Source: an uncultured Mycoplasmatota bacterium
GTDB lineage: Bacteria > Bacillota_I > Bacilli_A > RF39 > UBA660
NCBI GenBank assembly: GCA_947643405.1
Contig: CANRVY010000003.1
Location: 3,072-67,071 of the forward strand
DNA length: 64,000 bases
Reading direction: 5' to 3'
Shown piece after piece: positions 18,097 to 28,676 of the stretch. The notes beneath the pieces were generated by a model. The model ran no database searches and was not told where the DNA came from. It worked only from the letters and a program-made list of their open reading frames with translations. How positions within the stretch are numbered: the stretch's first letter is position 1; each line of letters begins with the position of its first letter. The translations under genes and the position numbers were made by a program.

Positions 18097-18172
18097 TTTT
18101 ATACCTCCTTCACTTTATTTATTATAACATAGAACAGTATAAAAAAAAGATTTATTACTGATTTGTAAGAAT

Positions 18173-18784
18173 TTAGAAACTATCAAAGTCTAAGAATATA
18201 CGTATGAATAAAAGAAAACAAACAGGTTGTTTTAAGAAAAGTGCAAACAACATCAAAATAATACAGACAATCTTTTCTTGTTCTTTTGAAAACTTATTCA
18301 TTGTAAGTGCTAAAACAAATGAACAGATAGCAAGTGCTATTCCAATTGGAGCTTCAAAAATATTCATACTAATTTGACTAAAATAAGTTGCAAAAGCAAT
18401 TATTCCTATCATGAAATATAACCATCCAGAAAAATTCATTTCACAAATATATTTTTCTTTTTTAGAAAAAAAACTTATGATTACTAATAATAGTAAACAT
18501 ATATAAACCATCCAAAGAGAACATTCATTTCGGTTCCACATAAAAAATAAAATTATAAATTCAAAAAATAATAATATTATATAATACCAATCAGAAATAA
18601 TTTTGTTGTATTTTCTTCGGAAAAATATTTTTGTTGGTTCTACAAATAACCAAAGCACACTAAAAATTGTCCATAATGAGTTCCCCTCTCTATAAGGAAG
18701 TACAAATCCTAATATGGAACTACCAAGCAGAATGAATGCACTTAAAATAATGCCAAACAAATGCATATTAATCACCTTATTCAT
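18173..18784 (-). CDS. Hypothetical polytopic membrane protein
   Basis: 203 aa, several TM helices. No recognizable motif. Confidence 0.45.
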   Translation of the reverse strand: MNKVINMHLFGIILSAFILLGSSILGFVLPYREGNSLWTIFSVLWLFVEPTKIFFRRKYNKIISDWYYIILLFFEFIILFFMWNRNECSLWMVYICLLLLVIISFFSKKEKYICEMNFSGWLYFMIGIIAFATYFSQISMNIFEAPIGIALAICSFVLALTMNKFSKEQEKIVCIILMLFALFLKQPVCFLLFIRIFLDFDSF

Positions 18785-18847
18785 TATATCACACTAGCAA
18801 TTTCCAATAAAATCAGTTATAATAAAATTATATAAGGAGGTCACAAT

Positions 18848-19249
18848 ATGAAAGAACACTTCAAAAAACATGAAATTGCTTATCTCATTATATTTAGTGC
18901 CTGTTGTCTTATTTTATCTACAGTTTTTATTTATTTAGGAACAGAAGCAAAAAAGAAAAATCGTTATACCAAAGAAGAAGCAATTGGAATTATGAAATTA
19001 AAGGCAGACCAACTTACCAGATTAATTGAAATCAGTTCATCAGATGACACTTGTAAAAAAAGTGAAGCTATTACTTTAACAAATAAAGAAATGGAAACAT
19101 ATGGATTTGATAAAAAACTTTATAAAAAAGTAGTTTACACATTAAAGTGTGATGACAAAAAACAAATTGTTTCGATTTCAATTACAGGAAAAGGTAGTCT
19201 CAGTGAATACCAACTCAAAAACTATGTTAGTAATCAAGTAAAAAAATAA
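18848..19249 (+). CDS. Hypothetical membrane-anchored protein
   Basis: RBS AAGGAGG. One N-terminal TM helix. Terminator at 19248-19279. Confidence 0.5.
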   Translation: MKEHFKKHEIAYLIIFSACCLILSTVFIYLGTEAKKKNRYTKEEAIGIMKLKADQLTRLIEISSSDDTCKKSEAITLTNKEMETYGFDKKLYKKVVYTLKCDDKKQIVSISITGKGSLSEYQLKNYVSNQVKK

Positions 19250-19306
19250 AAACTTATCAAAAAAATATAAGTTTTTTTGATATAATAAAAAGCATTAGGT
19301 GATTGT

Positions 19307-20479
19307 ATGCAAAGAATTAAATTAATCATTAAATTTAAAGAAAAATTTCTATGCGAAAAAATACATAATGAAATTGATTTTATTCATGTACCAAATTATT
19401 TTGATCAAAAGTCTTTCTCCAATATCAGCATTTTTATTACACTACTATTTTATGGACTTCTTGATACTAATTTCTATTCTAAAGCTAATTTTAAAAATGC
19501 TGAATGGGATAATTTATTTGAAATGGCTTTTGATCCAGACTCACTTTTTCAAATCGAAGAAAATACATTTTTATATGATATGGATTTTCAATTAAAAGAA
19601 CACTCTCTTCCTATAGAAAGTACATTCAACCATTTGTTAACAAACCTAACCTTTATTTCTGAAACTGAAAATCAAATCCCAAGTTCTTCTGAAAATAATG
19701 ATATAGATGAAGAAACTCCTTATGGTTATCATAGTGCTGTCACATTCATTAATCCAAATGTATTATCATTAATAAAAAAATTAAAAGTTCCTAGAACAGA
19801 TAAAGATGTTTTACTTATGTATTCAGGCGGAAAAGATAGTACATTAGCTGCTGTTAGACTTGTAAAATTAGGATATAAAGTTCATTTTATACATTTCGAT
19901 AATGGCCATATGCGTGACCAAAATAAACCATATATAACTTATCGAAAAACATTATCAAATATTGACGGCTATCATTTTCCATATCAATTTTCTTCCGTTA
20001 ATATTGAAAAAGAATTTCAATCTTTATTTCATACATGGAAATCTACTTTGCAAAATGAAATAGGTCACGGAACAATTGACTCAGAAATACAATGCCTCTC
20101 TTGCAGAAGTGCAATGTATTTAAATGCTATTGCAATTGCACAACATTATGGTTATAAATATATTGCTGAAGGTGCCAGGATGAGTCAAAAGTTTTTAATT
20201 GAACAACCTGTAATGTTACAACGTTTTGAAGAACTTGCAGATAAATATGGAATTAAATTGCTCTTTCCTGTTCTAACGTTAGAAGATGATCAAAAGGAAA
20301 TAGAAGAATTATTAAGTGCTGGTTTATCTGCAAAATCGTGGGAATCAAAATGTTTATTAGGAAAAAAAGCACAAGAAAAAACTTCTAAAGATGAGAGGGA
20401 AATATTAGCATATTATGATACACATATCAAGCCAGCTGCTAAACAAAAAATATATCAAATAACAATAAAAGAGAATTAG
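19307..20479 (+). CDS. PP-loop ATP pyrophosphatase (TtuA/Ncs6-like) with an N-terminal domain of unknown function
   Basis: SGGKDS PP-loop (MYSGGKDSTLAA) and a CxxC pair (CLSCRS) plus a later Cys, consistent with thiolation-type PP-loop enzymes. The first 160 aa are unassigned. Confidence 0.55.
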   Translation: MQRIKLIIKFKEKFLCEKIHNEIDFIHVPNYFDQKSFSNISIFITLLFYGLLDTNFYSKANFKNAEWDNLFEMAFDPDSLFQIEENTFLYDMDFQLKEHSLPIESTFNHLLTNLTFISETENQIPSSSENNDIDEETPYGYHSAVTFINPNVLSLIKKLKVPRTDKDVLLMYSGGKDSTLAAVRLVKLGYKVHFIHFDNGHMRDQNKPYITYRKTLSNIDGYHFPYQFSSVNIEKEFQSLFHTWKSTLQNEIGHGTIDSEIQCLSCRSAMYLNAIAIAQHYGYKYIAEGARMSQKFLIEQPVMLQRFEELADKYGIKLLFPVLTLEDDQKEIEELLSAGLSAKSWESKCLLGKKAQEKTSKDEREILAYYDTHIKPAAKQKIYQITIKEN

Positions 20480-20482
20480 TTT

Positions 20483-21388
20483 TTAATTCTCTTTTATAAA
20501 ACCTTCTTTTTTCAAAAATTCTATTGTTGCTGCTTTACTATTATGACCTTCTTGTTCACTTATATTATCCCCATTTTCAAGTATTAAAGTAAGTGGAGTT
20601 CCAAACGATTCTCGTTCTTTAAAATAAGATAGAGATCCCATTAAGTCATATGTTTCTCGTTTGGTCCAATCTGTTAAATTTACAAAATAAATAGTTAAAT
20701 CATATTCTTTCGCAATTTCATTAATAACTGGTTTAAAAGCTGTACATGCGCCACATCCTGTTTGTCCCAATACAACAATTGCTTTTTCTTTTGAATTATA
20801 AATTTCTTCATATTTATCATAATCAATAAATGTTAAATATTCATAATCATCTGTACTACCAGTAGAATTATTTGATGATGCTTCAGAACTAGATATATAA
20901 ACCTCATTCTCTCCTATAATTCCATTTTTCTGAAGTGTTGAAAATAAACCAGACTCTGATAAATATCCTTGTACTTCTTCATATTTTTCTCCATTTTCTA
21001 TAAATGCCATATATGGAGTTCCAATATTTTCTAAACTTTTCCCTACTTTTTCTAAAACACTTTCTAAAGTATTAGTATTCATAGTTGCCGCATCAATATA
21101 ATAATAAGTAAATCCATAAGCTTCACTTAAGTATTTCATGTATGGAGTAAATTCACTACATACTCCACAACTAGAACTACCAATAAATAAAACTTTCTTC
21201 CCCTCTCCTTCAAAAGCCTTCTCATAATCTGTTGAATATTTTCCAGTATATGTATTTGTGTCTGTATTTCCAACACTATAATCATTTTGTTTACTAGAAT
21301 TTTTTTGTAATACTCCTACTAGTATTAATAATAACAATAATCCTAATATTATTGAAACTGCAATAACAACTTTTTTATTTTCATTCAT
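20483..21388 (-). CDS. Membrane-anchored protein with two thioredoxin-fold domains
   Basis: N-terminal TM helix. Two CxxC motifs (SCGVCSEF and GCGACTAF). Confidence 0.6.
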   Translation of the reverse strand: MNENKKVVIAVSIILGLLLLLILVGVLQKNSSKQNDYSVGNTDTNTYTGKYSTDYEKAFEGEGKKVLFIGSSSCGVCSEFTPYMKYLSEAYGFTYYYIDAATMNTNTLESVLEKVGKSLENIGTPYMAFIENGEKYEEVQGYLSESGLFSTLQKNGIIGENEVYISSSEASSNNSTGSTDDYEYLTFIDYDKYEEIYNSKEKAIVVLGQTGCGACTAFKPVINEIAKEYDLTIYFVNLTDWTKRETYDLMGSLSYFKERESFGTPLTLILENGDNISEQEGHNSKAATIEFLKKEGFIKEN

Positions 21389-21514
21389 TTTTACACCTTC
21401 TCTATTTCATAATGATTATATACTGACTTTGTTTCAGCTGTCAATCCAATTCACAAAAATCTCATTCAAAAAAATATTAAAATATGATATACTATAAAAA
21501 GGAGGTATTTTTAA

Positions 21515-21883
21515 ATGCAAAAATTTTGTGAGAATTGTGGTGCTGAACTAAAAGAAAACAGTGAAGTTTGTTTAGAATGTGGAAAATACGTTTCTAAAAA
21601 AGGAAACAATGGAAATACAAAAAATTATGATGAAAACAATAAATTAGCGCTTGCTGGATTTATCGTTTCTATGGTTTCTTTACTTATTAACTTTGCTGGT
21701 CTTGTAGGTCTAGCAGGCGCAATTCTATCTGGAACTGGACTTGTTCAAGTAAGCAAAGGCAATGGAAAAGGAAAAGGAATGGCTATCGCAGGATTAATTA
21801 TCGGTATCTTTAGTATACTATATGGAATTTATAGTATTATTAATTTGGCCGATACGCTTAGTGAACTTGCAATATTCTTTTAA
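21515..21883 (+). CDS. Zinc-ribbon/DUF4190 membrane protein
   Basis: N-terminal CxxC...CxxC zinc ribbon and Gly-rich TM helices. RBS AAAGGAGGT. Confidence 0.6.
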   Translation: MQKFCENCGAELKENSEVCLECGKYVSKKGNNGNTKNYDENNKLALAGFIVSMVSLLINFAGLVGLAGAILSGTGLVQVSKGNGKGKGMAIAGLIIGIFSILYGIYSIINLADTLSELAIFF

Positions 21884-21885
21884 AA

Positions 21886-21912
21886 AATGATATTTGACTA
21901 TCATTTTTTTCT
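21886..21912. terminator. Bidirectional terminator
   Basis: AATGATA...TATCATT stem with an A-run and a T-run. Confidence 0.55.
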
Positions 21913-21915
21913 TAC

Positions 21916-24423
21916 CTAAAAACTGTTTTCTTTTAATACATCTACAATGTTATCTTTTTTTAAATTTCTAGTTGCGTAAAACATAGAAGCAAATACAACT
22001 ATCATTATAACAATTACTGTAACGATGATATAATTTGTTGGAAATGGCATTTTTGGATTTGGATTATTTGGAATAATATTTTGAATTTTATAAAATAACC
22101 AAATAATAAATAATGAAAACGAAATTCCATATACTAAAGATTTTATCCCAAATAACAAACTTTCAAAGAAAATCATTTTTCGGAATCCTTTTGGTGTCAT
22201 CCCAATGCTTCGTAGCATTGCAAATTCATTTTTTCTAAGTTGCATACTAGTATAAATCGTGTTAAAGACACTTGTAATTGCAATCATTAAAATAAAGCCA
22301 ATTACAAAATAAAGTAAAAATCGATATAGAAATATATGTTGCCTTACTAAATAAATTTCATAAGGCTCATTATAATACTCAATATAAAGGTCAGAATATT
22401 TAGAGACTATCTTTTCCATGTTCTTTTCTATTTTATAATAATTTTTGGTATCTAATTCAATGAAATATATAGGGGAATAATTTTTAAAATCAAATGCCGA
22501 TTCTTTTAAATAAGCTTGATACATATCTGCAGAAATTATGATTTGCACTTTAGAAGAATAAGTTTCATATCCATCTGGTAAAATTTTTGTTTCATAAAAA
22601 TCTGTGATATTGGTAAATGGTATCGTTTTCCTATTTTGCAAACTAAACTCTCGCATATAAATAGATAACTGAAAGTTTAAATCCTTTAAGTTTTCAAATA
22701 TTTTAGAAGATATCTGCTTTGTAATTTCATTTGGATTATCTTCATTTCCATATTCATTCAATACTGCATAATTAATAATAATTGGTTTTTCTTTATGATA
22801 ACCAAGTTTTTTTAAATAAACATGATAATCCTCATTTTCCAATACTACAATGTCAGTTGCTAATCCAAATGGAGTTTCGGTCACTTCATAAGTAGGCGCA
22901 AATTGTGGGGTTACATCGCTCTCATAAAATCCTATTACTGGTTGATAATATTTGCGAGATTTTATTTTACACCCCTTTACTAAATCGTTATAAAAGCTTT
23001 CTATTTGTTCTTTTTTCCCCACTGCTCTCATTTCTATATTACGATGTTTATTTAATTCTTGGTCTCCTGTTGCATCTTTTAAATATGTATTAAAAAAACT
23101 AGAAAATGTAATAAATAATACAATACTAATAAATAAAGATAAAATTGTAATTCGGTATTTTTTCTTGTTTCGCTTGCTATTTTTATAAGCAATTTTAGAT
23201 TCAAATCCAAATATTTTTCCGATTAAGAATCCTCCTTTTAAAGATCTTTTGTTACATTTAATATCTGTTGTTAACTGAATTGCTTCCATTGGTGTCATTT
23301 CAAAGACGCGCATAGCTGGAAAAAATGCTGATAGATAAATTGTTATAATAATAAATACAAGTGGCATTCCCAAAAATAATGGATAAATAGAAAAAGTATA
23401 TTGATAAAAATTAATATCACGCATGACATAGTTAATAAACATAAGCAATAATTGCATCATTCCTAAGCTTAATAGAAAACCAATGGGAATTGCAATAATA
23501 GCAATAATAGTTGCTTCTATCATAACGGATAAAAACAATTGCCATCTAGTAGCTCCAATGCTAGATAAAATTCCTAACATTTTCTTTCTTTCCGTTACAG
23601 AAATAGCAAACGAGTTATAAATAACAATAATAGAAGCTATACCTAATACCGTTAAAAGTAACATCAAGCAGAGTATTAAGATGGCTAATTTTCCATAACT
23701 TCTAACAACACCATTTAATTCTAATAATGCTTCGTTGATGGTTTCGTGTTCATGAACTAATTTTCCACCAACTACATCGGATTTCAAACCAAGTTCATTT
23801 GATAATTCAAAAATATTATCTAAAGAACCACCCAAATTTTTTAATGTAACATAAAAATTTACTGTATCGTCTGCTTTTATGGAACCACTATTTATATACA
23901 CAGTTTCTTTTACTCCATTATTGCTATAATAGTTATCACCATTTATGATTCCAACAATCGTATAATTTTGATTATCTAAAATTAATTTTTCACCAACTTG
24001 TTTTCCCATCATTTGTGATAGGCTATTACTGATTAAAAGTTCAGTTTCTGTTGTTGGGTATTTTCCTTCTAATAGTTCAAAATAATTAAGTGTATAATTA
24101 TTTCGATCAATCAGTTCTATTTCTCTTTCTCGTTTTTCTTTTTTTATTGTTGTATTTACTACTACTTTTTCATATTCTATTGTCTCTACATTATGGTTCT
24201 GTTTTATTTTTTCATAATCTTTAAAAGGAAGTTCATCATATTTCACGTGATAAATTCCTGTTTCAACTTTAATACTATGTTTCATAGATTCTCTTAGCGT
24301 TGAAGCACCAATTCCAAGACTAAACATCAAAATACAAGTTAGAGTAACACCTATAATAGCCACAATAGTTCTATTTTTATTTTGCATCAAATTTTTTTTT
24401 GTAAATTGATAAAGTACTTTCAT
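21916..24423 (-). CDS. ABC transporter permease, FtsX/MacB family (two FtsX domains)
   Basis: 835 aa with two 4-TM FtsX modules and large extracytoplasmic loops. Confidence 0.85.
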   Translation of the reverse strand: MKVLYQFTKKNLMQNKNRTIVAIIGVTLTCILMFSLGIGASTLRESMKHSIKVETGIYHVKYDELPFKDYEKIKQNHNVETIEYEKVVVNTTIKKEKREREIELIDRNNYTLNYFELLEGKYPTTETELLISNSLSQMMGKQVGEKLILDNQNYTIVGIINGDNYYSNNGVKETVYINSGSIKADDTVNFYVTLKNLGGSLDNIFELSNELGLKSDVVGGKLVHEHETINEALLELNGVVRSYGKLAILILCLMLLLTVLGIASIIVIYNSFAISVTERKKMLGILSSIGATRWQLFLSVMIEATIIAIIAIPIGFLLSLGMMQLLLMFINYVMRDINFYQYTFSIYPLFLGMPLVFIIITIYLSAFFPAMRVFEMTPMEAIQLTTDIKCNKRSLKGGFLIGKIFGFESKIAYKNSKRNKKKYRITILSLFISIVLFITFSSFFNTYLKDATGDQELNKHRNIEMRAVGKKEQIESFYNDLVKGCKIKSRKYYQPVIGFYESDVTPQFAPTYEVTETPFGLATDIVVLENEDYHVYLKKLGYHKEKPIIINYAVLNEYGNEDNPNEITKQISSKIFENLKDLNFQLSIYMREFSLQNRKTIPFTNITDFYETKILPDGYETYSSKVQIIISADMYQAYLKESAFDFKNYSPIYFIELDTKNYYKIEKNMEKIVSKYSDLYIEYYNEPYEIYLVRQHIFLYRFLLYFVIGFILMIAITSVFNTIYTSMQLRKNEFAMLRSIGMTPKGFRKMIFFESLLFGIKSLVYGISFSLFIIWLFYKIQNIIPNNPNPKMPFPTNYIIVTVIVIMIVVFASMFYATRNLKKDNIVDVLKENSF

Positions 24424-24426
24424 AGA

Positions 24427-25104
24427 TTATATCCTCTCATCACTTATGATTTTTCCATCGTCAATGGTGATAATTCTATTTGCATTTAAAGCAAGATTAT
24501 AATCATGGGTAATCATAATAATGGTTTGTTTATATTTCCTATTTGACAATTTTAATAATTCAACAATTTCTTTTGAAGCTTTACTATCTAAGTTTCCAGT
24601 TGGTTCATCTGCCAAAAGAAGTGCTGGATGATTCATCAAAGCCCTTCCAATTGATACTCTTTGCTGTTGGCCTCCTGATAATTCATTTGGCAAATGACTA
24701 ATTCGATTTTGTAACCCTAAAGTTTCTATTAATTCATTTAAATAAACTTGGTCTACTTTCCTACTATCTAATAAAATTGGTAATGTGATATTCTCTGTCA
24801 CATTTAAAATTGGAATTAAATTATAAAATTGATAAATAAGTCCGACTTGTCTTCTTCTAAAAATTGCTAAGTTTGTCTCGTTTAATTTATAAACATCTTC
24901 CCCTTCTACATATACTTTTCCACTAGTAGGTCTATCTACCCCACCTAAAATGTGTAAAAGTGTACTTTTTCCACTTCCACTAGCTCCTACAATTGCAACA
25001 AACTCTCCTTTTTCTACTGAGAAACTGACATGGTCCAAAGCTTTTACTAAGGTTTCTCCTTTTCCATATGTTTTACACACATTTTCTACTTTCAATATTT
25101 CCAT
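24427..25104 (-). CDS. ABC transporter ATP-binding protein (MacB/LolD type)
   Basis: Walker A GASGSGKST, signature LSGGQQQR, Walker B LLLADEPT. Confidence 0.95.
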   Translation of the reverse strand: MEILKVENVCKTYGKGETLVKALDHVSFSVEKGEFVAIVGASGSGKSTLLHILGGVDRPTSGKVYVEGEDVYKLNETNLAIFRRRQVGLIYQFYNLIPILNVTENITLPILLDSRKVDQVYLNELIETLGLQNRISHLPNELSGGQQQRVSIGRALMNHPALLLADEPTGNLDSKASKEIVELLKLSNRKYKQTIIMITHDYNLALNANRIITIDDGKIISDERI

Positions 25105-25114
25105 TTTTTTCTCC

Positions 25115-25870
25115 TTATCTTAACATACTTTCATTCGCATCTTCTTTCATGCTCACCACTTCTCCATTTTTTATTTCTAAAAGTAATGGAAGTCGAGTTT
25201 CTTCTTTCATATCTTTTATTGTGGCTACAAACTTGTTATATTCCTCTTCCGTTAAAAAAACACTTGGGCTTAAAAATTTCACATTCAAATTCTTACTATT
25301 TGCTTTTTTTAACATCGCATTTATTTTTGTATCTCCAATTCTTCCAACTACAATTTTTGTTGTTTTCTTTTCTTCTATCAATTTAAAATAGTCATTGCTA
25401 CTGAGTCGCTCAATATTTGGATAAGGATTGATAAATTCTTCTTCTTCCTGAATAAACCCATTCTTTTTAAAGAAATGAAATACACTAATATCATCCATAT
25501 AACCAATATAAGAATCTAGAATTTTATCTTTTTCTGTTATCAATATTCTAGGAGTTGAAAATGTAGAACTTCTAATTTCAAGCTTTTCTAACAATTTGTT
25601 TAACTGTTTTTTTGATAGTTCATCTGTATTAATATAACGATATTCAAAATGATATTTCCTACTTGTATCATCTAAAATAGGCTTTAATAAATTACAAAAT
25701 CCACAAGTAGGTCTACCCAAAAATAAAATTTCTTGATTTTCTTTTAGAATACTATCATATAATTTTTGAAATTTCCATGACTGATAGAAATACTTTATTC
25801 CCATTCCAAATAGTCCCCCAATAATCAAAACAATAACTGCAATTAAAAAAGTTTTATAATTCTTTTTCAT
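25115..25870 (-). CDS. Membrane-anchored thioredoxin-like protein (CGFC), first gene of the ABC exporter operon
   Basis: N-terminal TM helix. CxxC motif (PTCGFCNLL). Paralog-like to 20483-21388. Confidence 0.6.
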   Translation of the reverse strand: MKKNYKTFLIAVIVLIIGGLFGMGIKYFYQSWKFQKLYDSILKENQEILFLGRPTCGFCNLLKPILDDTSRKYHFEYRYINTDELSKKQLNKLLEKLEIRSSTFSTPRILITEKDKILDSYIGYMDDISVFHFFKKNGFIQEEEEFINPYPNIERLSSNDYFKLIEEKKTTKIVVGRIGDTKINAMLKKANSKNLNVKFLSPSVFLTEEEYNKFVATIKDMKEETRLPLLLEIKNGEVVSMKEDANESMLR

Positions 25871-25992
25871 ACACCATCCTACTTTCTAAATTCATTTTAT
25901 AATGACCATTTTATATTGTCAAGAAATAGTAAAATATATTGAATGAAAAATATAAGTTTGTTATAATAAAGAAAATAGAGAGGAAAATATTT

Positions 25993-26913
25993 ATGAATAA
26001 CAAAGTTGTATTAATTGGATGTGGAAATGTTGGAATGAGCTATGCTTATGCTTTACTAAATCAAAAAACATTTGTAAACGAATTAGTTTTAATTGATTTA
26101 GACACAAAAAGAATAGAAGGAGAAGTAATGGATTTAAACCATTGTCTTGCTTTTGCGCCTTCTAAAATTAATATAAAAGTAGGAAGTTATGCAGATTGCA
26201 GAGATGCTTCTATTGTTTGCATTTGTGCTGGAGCAAACCAAAACCCTGGAGAAACAAGAATGGATTTAATTCATAAAAATAGTAAAATTTTTAAATCCAT
26301 TGTTACAGAAGTTATGGAAAATGGATTTGATGGAATTTTTCTAGTAGCAACTAATCCATTAGATGTAATGACTTATATGACTTGGAAATATTCAGGCCTT
26401 GAAACAAACAGAGTAATTGGTTCTGGAACAAGTTTGGACACAGCTAGGCTTCGTTACATGGTTGGTGAAAAATTAGGAGTCAGTCCCAAAAACATACATG
26501 CTTATGTCATTGGAGAACATGGAGATAGTGAGTTTGTTCCATGGAGTAATGCAAATGTTGGACTCCAGAATATTAAAAATTTTTTAACAGAACAAGAATG
26601 TGATGAAATCTGTCATAGTGTAAGAAATGCAGCTTATGAAATCATTAATAGAAAAGGAGCAACTTATTATGGCATTGGAATGTGCTTAGTTAGAATTACG
26701 AATGCTATTTTAGGAGATGAAAATAGCATCATCACTGTATCAGCTTATGATGACGCCAATGATATTTATATTGGGAGTCCTTGCATTTTAAATAAAAATG
26801 GAATTAAAGAAAGAGTTCTCGTTGACTTAAATGAAAAAGAATTGGAACAATTACAAAATTCTATTGATATTTTAAAAAAAGCAATGCATGAAAATACCAG
26901 TCTAGGAAACTAA
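25993..26913 (+). CDS. ldh: L-lactate dehydrogenase
   Basis: NAD-binding N-terminus (KVVLIGCGNVGMSYAYAL) and catalytic region (GEHGDSEFVPWS). Confidence 0.95.
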   Translation: MNNKVVLIGCGNVGMSYAYALLNQKTFVNELVLIDLDTKRIEGEVMDLNHCLAFAPSKINIKVGSYADCRDASIVCICAGANQNPGETRMDLIHKNSKIFKSIVTEVMENGFDGIFLVATNPLDVMTYMTWKYSGLETNRVIGSGTSLDTARLRYMVGEKLGVSPKNIHAYVIGEHGDSEFVPWSNANVGLQNIKNFLTEQECDEICHSVRNAAYEIINRKGATYYGIGMCLVRITNAILGDENSIITVSAYDDANDIYIGSPCILNKNGIKERVLVDLNEKELEQLQNSIDILKKAMHENTSLGN

Positions 26914-28410
26914 ACTGGCTTTTTTTTGTTCATCTACAATTATTGTATGTTCTTTTAAATCAAATAATTTTTGTATTTGTGCTAATAAAATACTTCCTTT
27001 TTCACCTTTTTTATCTTCATCTGATAACCTTGCATATTCTCCTCGGATTTTTTCAAGTGCTATTTTTTCTAAAAATGAAAATGAAGATTCTAAAGAAGGA
27101 CTTTGTATGCAAATTTGTTCTAACACTTTCCCAAAGTCATCTTGTAAAAGCATTTGATATTCATTATTTAGTTTTGATAAAGTCTCTTTTGAATTTTTGA
27201 GAAATTCTTCTTCTCTTTTTTTATCTTCAACTGTTTGTTCTAGTTCTTGTTTTTTTACATTACTATAATTTTCTAAAGTTGCCTCTATCTCAAATTCTTT
27301 CATCATCTTTTGATACTCTTCCTCAGTTATTTCTTTTGTTTTGTACCATTCTTCTATCTCGTTTTTGATTGCTTCACATTCCTTTTGAAATTGTCTTTGA
27401 AGTTTTTCTGGACTGCTAAACAATGCTGTTAATCTTTCTATTTCACTTTGCTTACCTAATATTGATTGTTCTAAATTGGCAATTGTTTGTTCTTCTCTAT
27501 TTATTCCAACAACACCACGGCTTAATAACAAAGCTCTAAAACTATCGATATTTTTAATTACATCTATCAATACTTTTTTTTCTGTATTTTCTTTACAACT
27601 AATAATATAGATAATATGAGCAAAAATCTCATTTACTGGTAATTCTGGAAATCTTTTCTTAAGCTCTTCAAACATATCAAATTCCCTGCTATTATTTGAA
27701 GCGAATTCTTCTAATACATCTACTCCAAATATCAATTCCAAAGTTTGATATAATTTTCCATATAATGGATAAGATTGTTCTGATTCAATTTTGAAAGAGG
27801 AATTTTGATCAGAAATACGTTCAATTTGGTAATAGTCACTACTAGTTTTAATATTAGATTCTCTTGTTACTACATGACCTTCAATGAACATTTTTCGTAA
27901 TTCAAAAGAAAGTGGCACCCGACTTCCTAAATTAAATGGTCGTTCACCTTCACTCAAATGAGTCATTTCATGGTGAATTGTCATTAATTCTTCAAATATA
28001 TTTCCTTCATCAAGAGAATACATTGTTCTATCACAACAATAAGCTAATCCTTTTGTAAGACAAGCATAAGAGCCATTTTGAACTGGGACATATTCTCCAT
28101 TTACATATTCTAAATTTCCCCTTCTGTTCGTTACTTTTTCTATGCTTTCTCGGAAACTATTAATTGGCTCATAATAATCTAAATTTAATTCTTCTAATTT
28201 TATAACAGCATATCCAGCCATATTTTCTAATACTCTAAGATATTCATTGATATATTCTTCTCTTGTTTTCCTAATATATTTGGGCGGATTATAATTATCA
28301 TAAGCAAATAATATAGACTGTAATAGTTTATTTTTAGCTTCTTCTGTAAATTTTTTCTTAGATAGAATTTCTTCTATTTCATGTTGTAAGTTTATTCTTT
28401 CATCAAACAT
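26902..28410 (-). CDS. Hypothetical coiled-coil protein with an HExxH motif (possible zincin-like)
   Basis: HEMTH at about residue 150. The C-terminal half is K/E-rich coiled coil. Confidence 0.45.
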   Translation of the reverse strand: MFDERINLQHEIEEILSKKKFTEEAKNKLLQSILFAYDNYNPPKYIRKTREEYINEYLRVLENMAGYAVIKLEELNLDYYEPINSFRESIEKVTNRRGNLEYVNGEYVPVQNGSYACLTKGLAYCCDRTMYSLDEGNIFEELMTIHHEMTHLSEGERPFNLGSRVPLSFELRKMFIEGHVVTRESNIKTSSDYYQIERISDQNSSFKIESEQSYPLYGKLYQTLELIFGVDVLEEFASNNSREFDMFEELKKRFPELPVNEIFAHIIYIISCKENTEKKVLIDVIKNIDSFRALLLSRGVVGINREEQTIANLEQSILGKQSEIERLTALFSSPEKLQRQFQKECEAIKNEIEEWYKTKEITEEEYQKMMKEFEIEATLENYSNVKKQELEQTVEDKKREEEFLKNSKETLSKLNNEYQMLLQDDFGKVLEQICIQSPSLESSFSFLEKIALEKIRGEYARLSDEDKKGEKGSILLAQIQKLFDLKEHTIIVDEQKKASLVS

Positions 28411-28634
28411 TAAAATACACCATTTTCTATATCTATTTTCATTTTCTGATATAATGTTTCTTCTGTAAACTCCAACACAGAAATTAAATTTAAAAATTCT
28501 TCTTTATGATTTTTTCCACGATTCACAAGTAATAATGTATCAAATTCACTAAAAATAGAATTTATCAATGATAACGTATCATAATCTTTATTTTCAATTA
28601 AATCATAATATTGATTTTTAAGAGCTTGCTCCAT
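28410..28634 (-). CDS. Small hypothetical protein (74 aa), translationally coupled to the HExxH protein
   Basis: Its stop codon overlaps the start codon of the downstream gene. Confidence 0.4.
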   Translation of the reverse strand: MEQALKNQYYDLIENKDYDTLSLINSIFSEFDTLLLVNRGKNHKEEFLNLISVLEFTEETLYQKMKIDIENGVF

Positions 28635-28676
28635 ACTATCACCTTATAGTATTATATCATCAAAAAAAAAGGAATA

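Noticed and set aside
19368-19595. 75-aa ORF overlapping the PP-loop ATPase gene in another frame
   Set aside because: It is same-strand but out of frame within a longer, better-supported CDS.
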